The notes under the pieces are model-generated. The model was not told the DNA's origin and searched no databases. It saw nothing but the letters and a program-made list of their open reading frames with translations. Shown here piece by piece: positions 40,080 through 50,872 of a stretch of 64,000 nt of DNA (positions within the stretch are counted from its first letter, which is position 1; the number at the start of each line of letters is the position of its first letter). Source of the stretch: an uncultured Spirochaetota bacterium (GTDB taxonomy: Bacteria; Spirochaetota; Spirochaetia; SZUA-6; Fen-1364); NCBI GenBank assembly GCA_963745235.1, contig CAVUXE010000037.1:32001-96000 (forward strand), in the 5' to 3' direction. A program made the position numbers and the translations under genes.

Positions 40080-41278
40080 GCGGGGAACGGAAGGCAAGAA
40101 AAAGAAAAGCGAGCGCTGCCAGCAGGCTCACCCCGGCGGACGCCAGGAAGCCGGCCCCGATGGCGGTGGCCGTGATGATCACCCCGGCAATGAATGGCCC
40201 CGATGAGTGACCGATGTCCATGATGGAGCTGAGCGCTCCCAGGGATGCCCCAAGGCTGTCCTCTCGCGCAACGTCTGCGACATACGTGCTCGTTGCCACC
40301 GTGGAAACCGACATGGCAAGTCCGAACAGCACGGCGACGACCCCCACCGCAATGACTCCGTGGACCAGCGGCAGCACCGCAATGAACGCCGCGAGGAGAA
40401 GGATCCCGAAGAGGACCTGGACCCTGCGGTCCACGCGGTCGGCAAGCCTCCCGAAGAGCGGCTTGGTGAGCGCAATGGACAGGACCTGGACGGAGAACAC
40501 CAGCCCGATCTGGTAGGCCGGAACGCCCTGGCCCGAGAGGTAGATCGGGAGATACGTCTCGATCACGCCGTAGCAGAAGTAGGTGGCCATCTCCACGAGG
40601 GACGTGCCCAGGAGCCTCCCGTTATGGACAAACTCCGCCAGGCTCCTGCCGAAATCCGCCATCGTCACTTTCTTCACCTTCCCGCTGTCCGCGGCGGGGT
40701 TTGCGCCCGCGTCGTCGCGCTTCAGGACGAGGGCCAGGATGAGCACCGGGACGCACAGCAGAAAGGCCGCGCCGTAGACGGAGCGGAAGTCCAGGAGAGA
40801 GATGATGGCGCCGCCCAGCAGCGGGGCGAGGGTGCGCCCGATAAGCGTGGCGGAAGAATACAGCCCGAGCTTCTCCCCCTTGGTGTCGGGATATGCGCTC
40901 ACGATGACCGCCGAGGCCACGGGACCAAGGATGGCGGTGGCGATGCCGTGGAAAAACCTGATGGGGATCAGCCAGAACGGGTTGTGCACCAGGAGGTAGA
41001 GAGGAGGGGCCAGGAGGAAGACACATGCGGCAACCACCAGCAGGCGCTTCTTCCCCAGCCTGTCGGCAAGCAGGCCCACGGGAAAGCTGAAGAGGATCCC
41101 CGCCAGGGGGGAGATGGCGGCGATGAGCCCGATCACGGTGTCGCTGCCCGGAGAGGGACTTCACGAAGAGAGGGAGCACGGGGCTCTTGGACATCGTGGT
41201 GGAGAAGATCCCGAAGAAACCGATCAGCGAAACGGCAAGGATCCCCGACCCGCCCCGGTCCCGCGCCGCGTCCGCCAC
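40048..41278 (-). CDS. MFS transporter (5' frameshift)
   Basis: GLLADRLGKK and GRLADRVDRR MFS motifs; 12-TM pattern. Confidence 0.85.
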
Positions 41279-41282
41279 CGCC

Positions 41283-42799
41283 TCAGCCCTTGGGAAAGAC
41301 GACGGTGAAGGTGGAGCCGGCGTCCGGCTTCGACTGCACGGTGATGCGGCCGTTGTACTCTCCCAGCACGCGCTTCACCGTGGCCAGGCCAAGACCGGTC
41401 CCCGCGATGCCGGACGTCTTGTGGCTCTTCACCCGGTAGAACTCCTGGAAAATGCTGGCGAGCTCCGCCTCGCTCATGCCGATGCCGGTGTCGCTGACGG
41501 CGACCTCCCAGGCGTCGCCTGCATCCGCAATCCGCACCGTGAGGCTGCCCCTCTCCCTGTTGTACTTGATCCCGTTGGAGATGAGGTTCATGAAGATCCG
41601 GTCCAGGTCCCCGCGGTCCGCCTTCACGGGGTAGCCGGCAAGCGGGGCATCCAGGCTCGCGCGGATATGGCGCTTGTCCGCCTGGACCTTGAAGAACTCC
41701 AGCTGGGAGGAGATGACGGCCTTCAGGTCCAGGTCCTCGATGGAGCGCTCCACCTTGCCCACCTCGCGGCTGTTGATGTACAGCAGGTCCCGCACGAGGT
41801 CCAGGAGCGCTTCGCCGCGCACCTTGCAGCGCTCCAGCATCTCCCGGACCTTCGCCGGGTTGTCGTCGAACATCCCCGTGAGGATCACGTTGATGTAGTT
41901 GATGATGGCCGAGAGCGGGCTCTTCAGCTCGTGGGCCACCATGGAGACGAAGCGGTTCTTGTCCTGCTCCGCCTTCCAGCTCTCCGTCACGTCGGTGAGG
42001 ATGACGATGGCCCCCCCGCGCTCCCCGTCCCGCATGAGGGGGGACATGCTCACGGAAAGCATCCCTTCCCAGGCGCCGGTGCGCTGGATGCGGAGGCGCC
42101 GCCCTCTCCCATGGCGTGCTGCAGGACGCGCGTCTCGGGCCTGCCCCCCACGGAGTCCACCACCGCCTCGATGGCGGCCTGGATCTCCAGGTCGGGGAAA
42201 AGGTCCGGCAGCGTGATGCCGTCTCGGAAGTGGGTGCCGAGGAAATGCTCCGCCCGGGGATTCATCAGGACGGGTTCCCTGCGGATGTTGAGGACCACCA
42301 CTCCCTCATGCATGGAGGAGATCATCTGGTGGGACAGGTTGCGCTCGCCGGCAAGCTCCGAGAGGTACTTCTCCCGCTCCCGGATGAGCCGCCACTGCTG
42401 GGCCGCGCGGTTGGCCACCTGCACGAGGTCATCCGGGGTGAACGGCTTGACCAGGAAATCGAATGCGCCGTGCTGGGTCACCTCCACCGCCGCCTCCACG
42501 GTGGCAAGGGCGGAGACGATGACGACCACGGTGCGCCCGGCGAACCTGCGCGTGATGTGCTCCGTGACCTTGAAGCCGTCGATGCCGGGCATCTTCAGGT
42601 CCACGAGGGCAACGTCCGACGGCTCCTCCTCCAGGAGCCGCAGGGCCGTTTCCCCGTCCCGCGCCGTTCGAACGGAAAAGCCGCGGCGCTCCAGGACCCG
42701 CCGCATTCCCTCCCGCATGCCTTCCTCGTCGTCGATGACGAGCACGTGGATGTTTTCCTGAGGTGTCTGCAGTGATGCGGCGGGCCGCGTTTCAGGCAT
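41283..42799 (-). CDS. Hybrid receiver-PAS-histidine kinase (frameshift near 42070)
   Basis: VIDDE...VDLKMPG...LVKPF; SMVAHELKSPL, NLISNGIKYN, GTGLGL. Confidence 0.85.
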
Positions 42800-43196
42800 T
42801 CTGCTTGCTGCCGGAGAGGTACTGCTCGATCTTGCCCACCAGGTGCTCCAGCGGCACCGGCTTGGTGAGCACCTCGTCCACCTTCATCCACTCGCGACCC
42901 GGAGCTCCGCCGGCCTCGAAGGTGAAGCCGACCTTGCGCGGGGCGGCGGTCTGCATGAGGATGGGGACCTTCCCGAGACCGGGGAGCTCCCGCACCTTCT
43001 TGCAGAACACGAAGCCCGAATCGTAGTGCTCCATCATGAGGTCTGCGATAATCATGTCAGGGGCGGTTGCCTTTGCCTTCTCCAGGCCCTCCTCGACGGT
43101 CAGGGCCGTCTCGATGACGTATCCGTTCTTCTCCAGGAACGCTTTCTGTCCCTCGAGGAGATCTGTGTCATCGTCAACGATCAGTATCCGCGCCAC
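42792..43196 (-). CDS. Single-domain response regulator
   Basis: IVDDD, ADLMME, LTKP. Confidence 0.88.
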   Translation of the reverse strand: MARILIVDDDTDLLEGQKAFLEKNGYVIETALTVEEGLEKAKATAPDMIIADLMMEHYDSGFVFCKKVRELPGLGKVPILMQTAAPRKVGFTFEAGGAPGREWMKVDEVLTKPVPLEHLVGKIEQYLSGSKQNA

Positions 43197-45279
43197 GTCC
43201 TTCCTCCTTCGTCACTCGGCGGGCCGAACCGGCATGGCGGTGAATGCGCACGGTGAAGCACGCCCCGCCGGTGGGGTTGTTGGCTGCCTGGATGGTCCCT
43301 CCGTGCATCTTCACAATGCCGTAGCAGACCGACAGACCGAGGCCGGTGCCTTTCCCGACCTTCTTCGTGGTGAAAAAGGGCGAGAACATCTTGGGCAGGT
43401 TCTCCTCCGGGATTCCGGGGCCGGTGTCGGAGACAGTGACCACAAACTCTCCGTCCCCGCTCTCCGTGGACACGTGGATCAGCCCCCCGCCGGGCATGGC
43501 CTCCACCGCATTCTTCAACAGGTTGTCGAACACCTGGCGCAGCTGTCCGCCGTCCACCTGCTCCGGCGGAAGCGATGGGTCCAGCGCGAACTCTATCCGG
43601 AATTTCCCGTTTGGTGAAGTTCCCAGGATTTCCCTCGCGGAGCTCTGCACCAGGGCGTTGATATCGGCGGGAGCGCGCTCCACCTTCTCCTCCCGCGCGA
43701 AGTTCAGGATGCCGCGCACGATCGTCGCGTGCGTTCCGCCTCCGCGATGATCCGGTCCAGGTCCTCGCGGCTTTTCGCCGCGGCCCCCGCATCCGCGGCG
43801 CCAGCCCCCACCCCGTCGGGGGCGCCGGCCCCGGCCCTGACGGCGGTGTCGGCCCCGGCATTCGCGTCCTCAAGCTCATCCTTCAGCAGGTGGGAGTACA
43901 TGAGCACGACGCCCAGGGGGTTGTTGATCTCGTGCGCGATCCCCGCCGCCATCTGGCCCATGGAGGCCAGCTTCTCCGCCTGGATCAGCCGGGCCTGGTT
44001 TTCCGTGAGGTCCTTCATGGCCTTCTCGATGCGGGAGATCAGGTACGGCAGGCACATCTCCACCTCGGCCTTGCCGCGATACACGGCCTCCGCCTTCTGC
44101 CGGCAGGAGGGATAGCCGCAGGCGCCGCAGTTCAGCTCGTCCGCGGGGGTGTTCTTCCCCGTGAGGGCCAGGATCCGGCGGATCTCCTCTTCGGGGGCCG
44201 GCAGCTCTTCCCGCATGACCGGGTGGAATGTCTTCGCAAGGTCCATGTCCAGGTAGTCCGCGTGCTGGGCGGCCCACTCCTCGACGTCCCGCGTGCACGG
44301 CCTGTCCTGCAGGTAGCGACGACGTACTTCTTTCTCTCGAAGAAGGTGAGGTCGTTCACCATGACCGGCCCGCCGATGCATCCCTCGCAGAAAAGAAGGT
44401 CGAACAGGCGATACGTGGTGCCTTCTCCGCTCTTCACGCGGTCCGAGAGCACGCGCAGGATCTCCATCACCCGGTCCTGGCCTTCCACGACATAGACGGG
44501 ACTTTCCAGGAGGTCGTCGTCAATGGCGGCGGCCTTCAGGAGCCCGCCCGTCACCGGGTAGATCCGGCCGAGGTTCGCGTGAGGGGGGAGAAAGTCGACG
44601 GGGGCCGCTGACCGCGGATCGATTGCGGAATCAGCGAACAGCTCGACCAGCTCGGAGAAGGTGAGGACGGCGTCCACCTCTCCCGAGCGCCACGCCTCCA
44701 CTTTCTTGGCCACGCAGGGACCGATGAAGACAACTTTCGCCTCCGGGTCGATCTTCTGCCGGACCAGGCGCGCCGTGGCCTCCATGGGAGACACGATGGC
44801 CGCCAGGTGCGGCGTCAGCTCGGGGAGCATCTTCTCCACGTACTGCACCACCGCGGGGCAGGGAGTGGAGATGAGGAAGTCCTCTGGATTCTTCTCCAAC
44901 AGCTCGTGGAAGGTCTTGAAGTACCGGTAGGAGACGAGGTCGGCGCCGAAGGCGACCTCGAAGACGCCGTCGAACCCCGCTTCCTGCAGGGCCCCGACGA
45001 GGCGCCCGGGGGGAGGTTCAGGAAAGCGGCGGGGAACGAGGGGGCAAGGAGCGCGTACTTTTTTCCCGGACCTCCCAGGATGGCTTTCACGCCGCCGAGG
45101 GAAGAGGTGACGCGCTTGGCCCCCTGGGAGCAGACATTCACGCAATAGCCGCAGGAGATGCAGAAGTCCTCTATGATCTCCGCCTGCCCCCCGCGGACCT
45201 GCAGCGCCTTGGTGGGGCAGGAACGGACGCAGGAGTAGCACTTCTTGCAGATCTCTCCGACCGTATAGACCGATACCAT
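43174..45279 (-). CDS. Sensory (group C-like) [FeFe]-hydrogenase fused to a histidine kinase (several frameshifts)
   Basis: 2x[4Fe-4S] N-terminus, [36 protein letters not shown]...[26 protein letters not shown]. Confidence 0.82.
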
Positions 45280-45286
45280 GGTTCCC

Positions 45287-47012
45287 CTACCTGCTCGCCG
45301 CCCGCGGCGCGTAGCCCGTGTGCAGGAGCTCGTGCGCCTTGTGGGACCCGGGCTTTCCGAAGAACTCCTTGTAGACCTCCGTGATGGCGGGGTTCTTGTA
45401 CGAGAGCCGGATCGTTCTGCCCTTGTCCAGAGCGTAGATGGATGAGATCCTCTTCTCAATCCTCTGCGGGATCGTAGCCGAACATCTGGCCGCCTCCGCC
45501 CGCGCACCCGCCGGGGCATGCCATGATCTCGATGAAGTCCCAGGGCGCGTCTCCCGCTTTCACCCTCTCCGCGATGAGGCGCGCGTTGGAGAGTCGGTTT
45601 GCAATCGCGATCTTCAGGGTGCGATCCCCGACGGTGACATTTGCCTCCTTCACGCCCGCCATGCCCCGCACGTCCTCGAACTCCACCTTTGCGAGGTCCT
45701 TGCCGGTGAGCAGGTGGTAGGCGGTGCGGAGGGCGGACTCCATGACGCCGCCGGATGCCGCAAAGATGTCCCCCGAGCCCGTGGGGGCCCCGAAGGGCCG
45801 GTCGTACTCCTCGTCGGAGAGGCTGGCGAACTCGATGCCGAAAATCTGCATCATGCGGTTGAACTGCCGCGTGGTCAGCACCGCATCCACGTCCGCAACG
45901 CCCCGCTCGGAGGACAGCTCGGGCCGCCCTGCCTCGAACTTCTTGGCGGTGCACGGCATGACGGAGACCACGAAGATGTCCTTGGGATCGATGTTCTGCT
46001 TCTGCGCCAGGTAGCTCTTGATGGTGGCCCCCATCATCTCCTGCGGGCTCTTGCACGTGGAGATGCGGGGAAGGAGCTCGGGGTAGTAGTGCTCGGCGTA
46101 CTTGACCCATGCCGGGCAGCAGGAGGTGAACAGGGGAAGCTTCTCTCCCTTCGTTATCTTGTTCACCAGCTCGGTGCCCTCCTCCATGATCGTGAGGTCT
46201 GCCGCGAAGTCCGTGTCGAAGATCTGGCGGAACCCCATGCGCCGCAGGGCTGCGGCAACCTTGCCGGTGACGTTGGTCCCGACAGGCAGGCCGTAGAAGT
46301 CCCCCAGGGACACGCGGATGGCCGGGGCCACTTGCGCCACGATGTACTTCTTTCCCTCCTGCATGGTCATCATCACTTTTTCCACCGCCCGCACCTCGTG
46401 CAGCGCCCCGGTGGGGCAGGCCAGCGTGCACTGCCCGCAGTTGACGCAGCTCGTTTCAGAAAGGTCCTTCTCGAACGGGGGAAGGACCATGGTGTCGAAT
46501 CCGCGATGGGTGAAGTCGATTGCCGCCACGCCCTGGATCTCCTCGCAGATGCGCACGCACCTGCCGCACAGGATGCACTTGTCGGGCTCCCGGATGATCG
46601 AGGGGGAGGAGAAGTCCGTGTAGTGATGACGCGTCTTTCCCTGGAAGGGGACCCTGTCGATGCCGTACTCGGAGGCCAGGGACTGCAGCTCGCAGTAGCC
46701 GTTCTTCGGGCAGGTGAGGCAATCGAAGGGATGGCTTGCCAGCAGGAGCTCGATGATGGTCCTGCGGGCCGTGATCACCCGCGGACTGCGGGTCTGGATG
46801 TCCATGCCTTCTTCGGCGGGGAACGCGCAGGACGGGGTGAGGTTCGGCTTTCCCTTGACCTCCACGACGCACATCCTGCAGGCGCCGCTGGGAAACATTT
46901 CCTTGATATGGCAGAGGGTGGGGATCTTCTCCCCCGCCTCCTGCGCGGCCTCGAGGATGGAGCAGCCGGGCTTCCCCTGGATCTTCCTGTTGTTGATTGT
47001 CAGATTGATCAT
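45287..47012 (-). CDS. hydA: Group A [FeFe]-hydrogenase catalytic subunit (frameshift near 45460)
   Basis: FTSCCPAW, MPCTAKKFE, EIMACPGGCAGGGGQ; the tail HELLHTGY lies in another frame. Confidence 0.93.
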
Positions 47013-47026
47013 GATGTTCCTCTCCC

Positions 47027-48850
47027 TCAGCTCACCAGCACGGAGTCGAACCTGCACACGTCACGGCAGGTGCCGCACCTGATGCACTTCTCGTCCACGA
47101 TGTAGTGCGTCTTCTTCTTTTCCCCGACAATGGCGCCCGTGGGGCACTTCTTCGCGCACACGGTGCATCCGGTGCAGGCGTTGGTGTCGATGGTGAAAGT
47201 GAGGAGGCCCTTGCACTGGTGCGCGGGGCACTTGCGGTCATAGATGTGCGCGTCGTACTCGCTCTTGAAGAAGCGAAGCGTGGAGAGGACCGGGTTCGGC
47301 GCCGACTGTCCCAGCCCGCACAGCGAGGTGTCCTTGATGACCTGCGCGAGGGACTCCATGTTGAGCACCCGGTTGAAGCGCAGGAGGTTCTCCTCCTCCC
47401 CGCGCATCTTGGAATAGGGAGAAACGATGGAATCCAGGACCTCGTAGAGCCTCTGCGTTCCTTCCCGGCAGGGGATGCACTTGCCGCAGGACTCCGAGGT
47501 GATGAAGCTCAGGAAGTAGCGGGCCATGTCCACCATGCAGGTGTCCTGGTCCATGACCACGAGGCCTCCGGATCCCATGATCGTGCCCAGCGTCTTCAGC
47601 GACTCATAGTCGATCTGGGTGTCCAGGTGCTGCGCCGGGATGCACCCGCCGGAAGGACCGCCGATCTGGACGGCCTTGAACTCCTTGCCGTCCGGAATCC
47701 CGCCCCCGATATCGAAGACGATCTCCCGCAGGGTCATGCCCATGGGGACCTCGACGAGGCCCGTGTTCACCACCTTGCCGGTGAGGGCGAAGACCTTCGT
47801 GCCCTTCGACGTTGCGGTTCCCATGGCGGCAAACTTTTCAGCGCCCTCCCGCATGATGTGGGAGACGTTGGCCATGGTTTCCACGTTGTTGACGATGGTG
47901 GGTTTCTGGAACAACCCCGCCACGGAAGGAAACGGCGGACGGGGTCGCGGCATGCCGCGGCGGCCCTCCACGGAGGCCATGAGCGCGGTCTCTTCCCCGC
48001 ACACGAAGGCCCCGGCTCCCTTTTTCACCCGCAGCTTGAACTGGAAGCCGCGTTCCCCGACGGGCTTTTCCAGGAGGCCCTCCGCCTTGAGAACGTTGAT
48101 TGCCTTGTTGATGCGCTCGATTGCCAGGGGGTACTCCGCCCTGCAGTAGATGATCCCTTCGTCGGCCCCGATGGCGTAGCCGGCCGTCATCATGCCTTCC
48201 AGGACGGCGTAGACGTCTCCCTCGAGGATTGAGCGGTCCATGAAGGCACCCGGGTCGCCCTCATCCGCGTTGCAGATCACGTACTTCTTCGCGTTCTTTT
48301 CCCGCAGGGCGAGCTCCCACTTCTTGCCCGTGAGGAACCCGCTCCCGCCCCTTCCGCGGAGCCCGGACCGGGTGATCTCCTGGACCACCTCTTCGGGGGT
48401 CATCCCGAGGGCGCGCTTGAAACCCTGGAACCCGCCCATGGCGCGGTAGTCCGCAATGGACTCCGGGTCTATCACGCCGCAGTTGCGCAGGACGTACTTC
48501 ACCTGCTTGCGGAAGTAGGGGTGCTCGTCGATCATAGGAATGCCCGGCAGCGGCTCCTTGCCGTTCTTGAACTGGCCGAGCAGCCCGTCCAGCTTGTAGT
48601 TCCTGCGGACGAAGACCTCATCCAGGATGAAGCCGGCAACATCCGGGGTGACATTGCTGTACGAGACGCGGTGCCCCGAATCCGTCACCACGTCCATGAT
48701 GGGTTCAGCCTTGCAGTAGCCGATGCATCCCGTCGGTGTGATCTCCATCTTTATCCCGCGCGTCGCGGCCCACTTCTCCACCGCCGTCCTGACCTGGCCC
48801 GCCCCGGTGGCAAGACCGCACGTCCCCATGCCGATGAAAACCCTGCTCAT
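47027..48850 (-). CDS. hydB: NuoF-like diaphorase subunit
   Basis: SGLRGRGG, CNADEGDPGAFMDR, GAFVCGEET, ESCGKC.PCR, C-terminal 2x[4Fe-4S]. Confidence 0.93.
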   Translation of the reverse strand: MSRVFIGMGTCGLATGAGQVRTAVEKWAATRGIKMEITPTGCIGYCKAEPIMDVVTDSGHRVSYSNVTPDVAGFILDEVFVRRNYKLDGLLGQFKNGKEPLPGIPMIDEHPYFRKQVKYVLRNCGVIDPESIADYRAMGGFQGFKRALGMTPEEVVQEITRSGLRGRGGSGFLTGKKWELALREKNAKKYVICNADEGDPGAFMDRSILEGDVYAVLEGMMTAGYAIGADEGIIYCRAEYPLAIERINKAINVLKAEGLLEKPVGERGFQFKLRVKKGAGAFVCGEETALMASVEGRRGMPRPRPPFPSVAGLFQKPTIVNNVETMANVSHIMREGAEKFAAMGTATSKGTKVFALTGKVVNTGLVEVPMGMTLREIVFDIGGGIPDGKEFKAVQIGGPSGGCIPAQHLDTQIDYESLKTLGTIMGSGGLVVMDQDTCMVDMARYFLSFITSESCGKCIPCREGTQRLYEVLDSIVSPYSKMRGEEENLLRFNRVLNMESLAQVIKDTSLCGLGQSAPNPVLSTLRFFKSEYDAHIYDRKCPAHQCKGLLTFTIDTNACTGCTVCAKKCPTGAIVGEKKKTHYIVDEKCIRCGTCRDVCRFDSVLVS

Positions 48851-49338
48851 TCCTCGACCCTCCCCGCAGCGCGGAACTTTTCAACGAGCGCCTCGAGCTT
48901 CTTCTTGTCCAGCCTTCCAAAGAACTTCCCGTTCGCCATGATGACGGGGGCAATGGAGCAGCAGCCGAGGCACGCCACCGTCTCCAGGGAAAAAAGGCCG
49001 TCCTTCGTCGTCTGCCCCACGTCGATCCCGAGCAGCGTCTTCACGGAGTCAAGGAGGTTGAGCGAGCCTTTCACGTGACAGGCCGTCCCTCTGCACACGG
49101 AAATCTGGATGCTGCCCGGCGCGTTCAGGCGAAACTGGTTGTAGAAGGTGGCTACACCAAAGATCTTCGAGGAGGGAAGGCCAAGGTAACCCGAGATCCT
49201 GTCAATGCTTTCCCGTGACAGGTAACCGTACTCCTCCTGCACTTCCTGGAGGATGGAGATGAGGTGCTCTCTCTGGGCGGGATATTTGGACATCACCTCG
49301 TCAAAGCTTCTTTTCTTCTGGGTTGTTTCCATGACCAC
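48847..49338 (-). CDS. hydC: NuoE-like [2Fe-2S] subunit
   Basis: VATFY, CRGTACHVKG, ACLGCC. Confidence 0.92.
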   Translation of the reverse strand: MVMETTQKKRSFDEVMSKYPAQREHLISILQEVQEEYGYLSRESIDRISGYLGLPSSKIFGVATFYNQFRLNAPGSIQISVCRGTACHVKGSLNLLDSVKTLLGIDVGQTTKDGLFSLETVACLGCCSIAPVIMANGKFFGRLDKKKLEALVEKFRAAGRVEE

Positions 49339-49381
49339 TCCTTCGATCTCCCGTTCGCAGCAATGCCGACGCAGGTCTATA

Positions 49382-49399
49382 TTGTGAATCTATTCACTA
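49382..49399. promoter_or_regulatory. Rex operator upstream of hydC
   Basis: TTGTGAA-TCTA-TTCACTA, one mismatch to TTGTGAA-N4-TTCACAA; next to a minus-strand TTGACA-17-TACTCA (49432-49404). Confidence 0.75.
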
Positions 49400-49600
49400 T
49401 AAATGAGTACCATCTCGTGAAGGAAATGTCAATATCCTGAGCGTAGATCCTTTCTTTTTGGTACGATTGGTTTTGGGCTGATATTTCAGGAAGTTTCAGG
49501 ACTAAAAACTCCAAATAATGCATTGACCCCAGATCATTATCTGCTACAATGGCCCGATTTCCGTGGAGTAAAATCCGCCCAGCTTCGAGGAGGACCACAG

Positions 49601-50872
49601 ATGGCGGCGAGAAGTGTCTCGATCAAGACAAGAATTACCCTCACGCTGGTGCTTTTTCCCCTTGTCTCCCTGGTCGTGGTGGGCGCCATAGCGCTCTTCC
49701 AGAACAGGGACTCCTTGAGCTCCCAGGCGGAAAGCAACCTGGAGAGGACGCTGAGGGTGAAGACCGAAGCGTATGATCTCATCTTCCAGAGGGTCCAGCA
49801 GGAGGCGGATGGGGCCGCCCGCTTTGCAGCGCTGACCTATGCCTCCCCGGTTTCCCCCTCCAACGCGCCGCGCCGCCTTCTCATGCCGTGGACAGGGACA
49901 GGCTACGGAGACAACGAGATGCGGCGGAGCCTCAACGGGGACATCCTGCGGCTCCAGGAGATCGGCAAGGCGCTCCAGGCCACGGTGGCCAGCAACTCCT
50001 ACCTCACCCTCGGATACATGGCCACCGAAAGCGGCATCACCGTTTTCGACAACGAGAAAGTTGTCGACGTCATCGAGGCAATCAAGGGCTTCGATCCCCG
50101 CTCCCGACCGTGGTACAAGATGGTGAAAGGCAGCGGCCGGCCCGCGTGGACGGACTTGTACGTGGATGCCAACACGAAGAAGCTCACCGTGACCGCCGCT
50201 TCCCCCGTGCGGGACGCCGCGGGGGCCTTCGTGGGAGTGGTCGGGCTGGACGTGCTGCTGGAAACCCTCCAGAGGGATATCATCACCATCGATATCGGGT
50301 ACGCCAACGAGCCTTTCATGATCAACTCCCAGGGCAAGGTCATTGTCCGCAGGGGGATGGATGAGAAAGGCACCGCGTGGGACAAGACATACAAAACCGA
50401 CAACCTGCTGGAGGCGCCCAACAAGGCGTTTACCGCCATCATCCATCGCATGGTCGCCGGCGAGTCGGGAATCAGCGGCTATCGTGAGAGCGACGGGACC
50501 CTGAGCTACCTGGCCTTTGCGCCCATTCCCACCGTCGGCTCCAGCGTGGGCGTCATTGTGCCTGCCCGGGAGATCGTGCAGCCCGTGCAGGACAGCGGCA
50601 AGCTCCTGATCATCGTGCTCGCCATCTTCATGGTCGTGGCCGTCGGAGTCGGGATCCTGCTCGCCAACCAGGTCACCCGGCCCATCGAAGAGCTCACGGT
50701 CCTCATGGACAAGGCAAGCAAGGGCCTCGTGGAGATGGACGAGATTCCCATCCGCCGCCTGGACGAGGTTGGCATGCTGGCGCAATCCTTCAACCGCATG
50801 GTGGCAAACCTCGCCACGGTGATGCGGGAGCTGGAGCAGCGGGAGTCTTCGAAGGAAGAGACGCAGGAATGA
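49601..50872 (+). CDS. Cache + HAMP membrane sensor with no output domain
   Basis: TM, FDPRSRPWY...WTDLYVD, TM, HAMP (DEVGMLAQSFNRM), then stop. Confidence 0.85.
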   Translation: MAARSVSIKTRITLTLVLFPLVSLVVVGAIALFQNRDSLSSQAESNLERTLRVKTEAYDLIFQRVQQEADGAARFAALTYASPVSPSNAPRRLLMPWTGTGYGDNEMRRSLNGDILRLQEIGKALQATVASNSYLTLGYMATESGITVFDNEKVVDVIEAIKGFDPRSRPWYKMVKGSGRPAWTDLYVDANTKKLTVTAASPVRDAAGAFVGVVGLDVLLETLQRDIITIDIGYANEPFMINSQGKVIVRRGMDEKGTAWDKTYKTDNLLEAPNKAFTAIIHRMVAGESGISGYRESDGTLSYLAFAPIPTVGSSVGVIVPAREIVQPVQDSGKLLIIVLAIFMVVAVGVGILLANQVTRPIEELTVLMDKASKGLVEMDEIPIRRLDEVGMLAQSFNRMVANLATVMRELEQRESSKEETQE

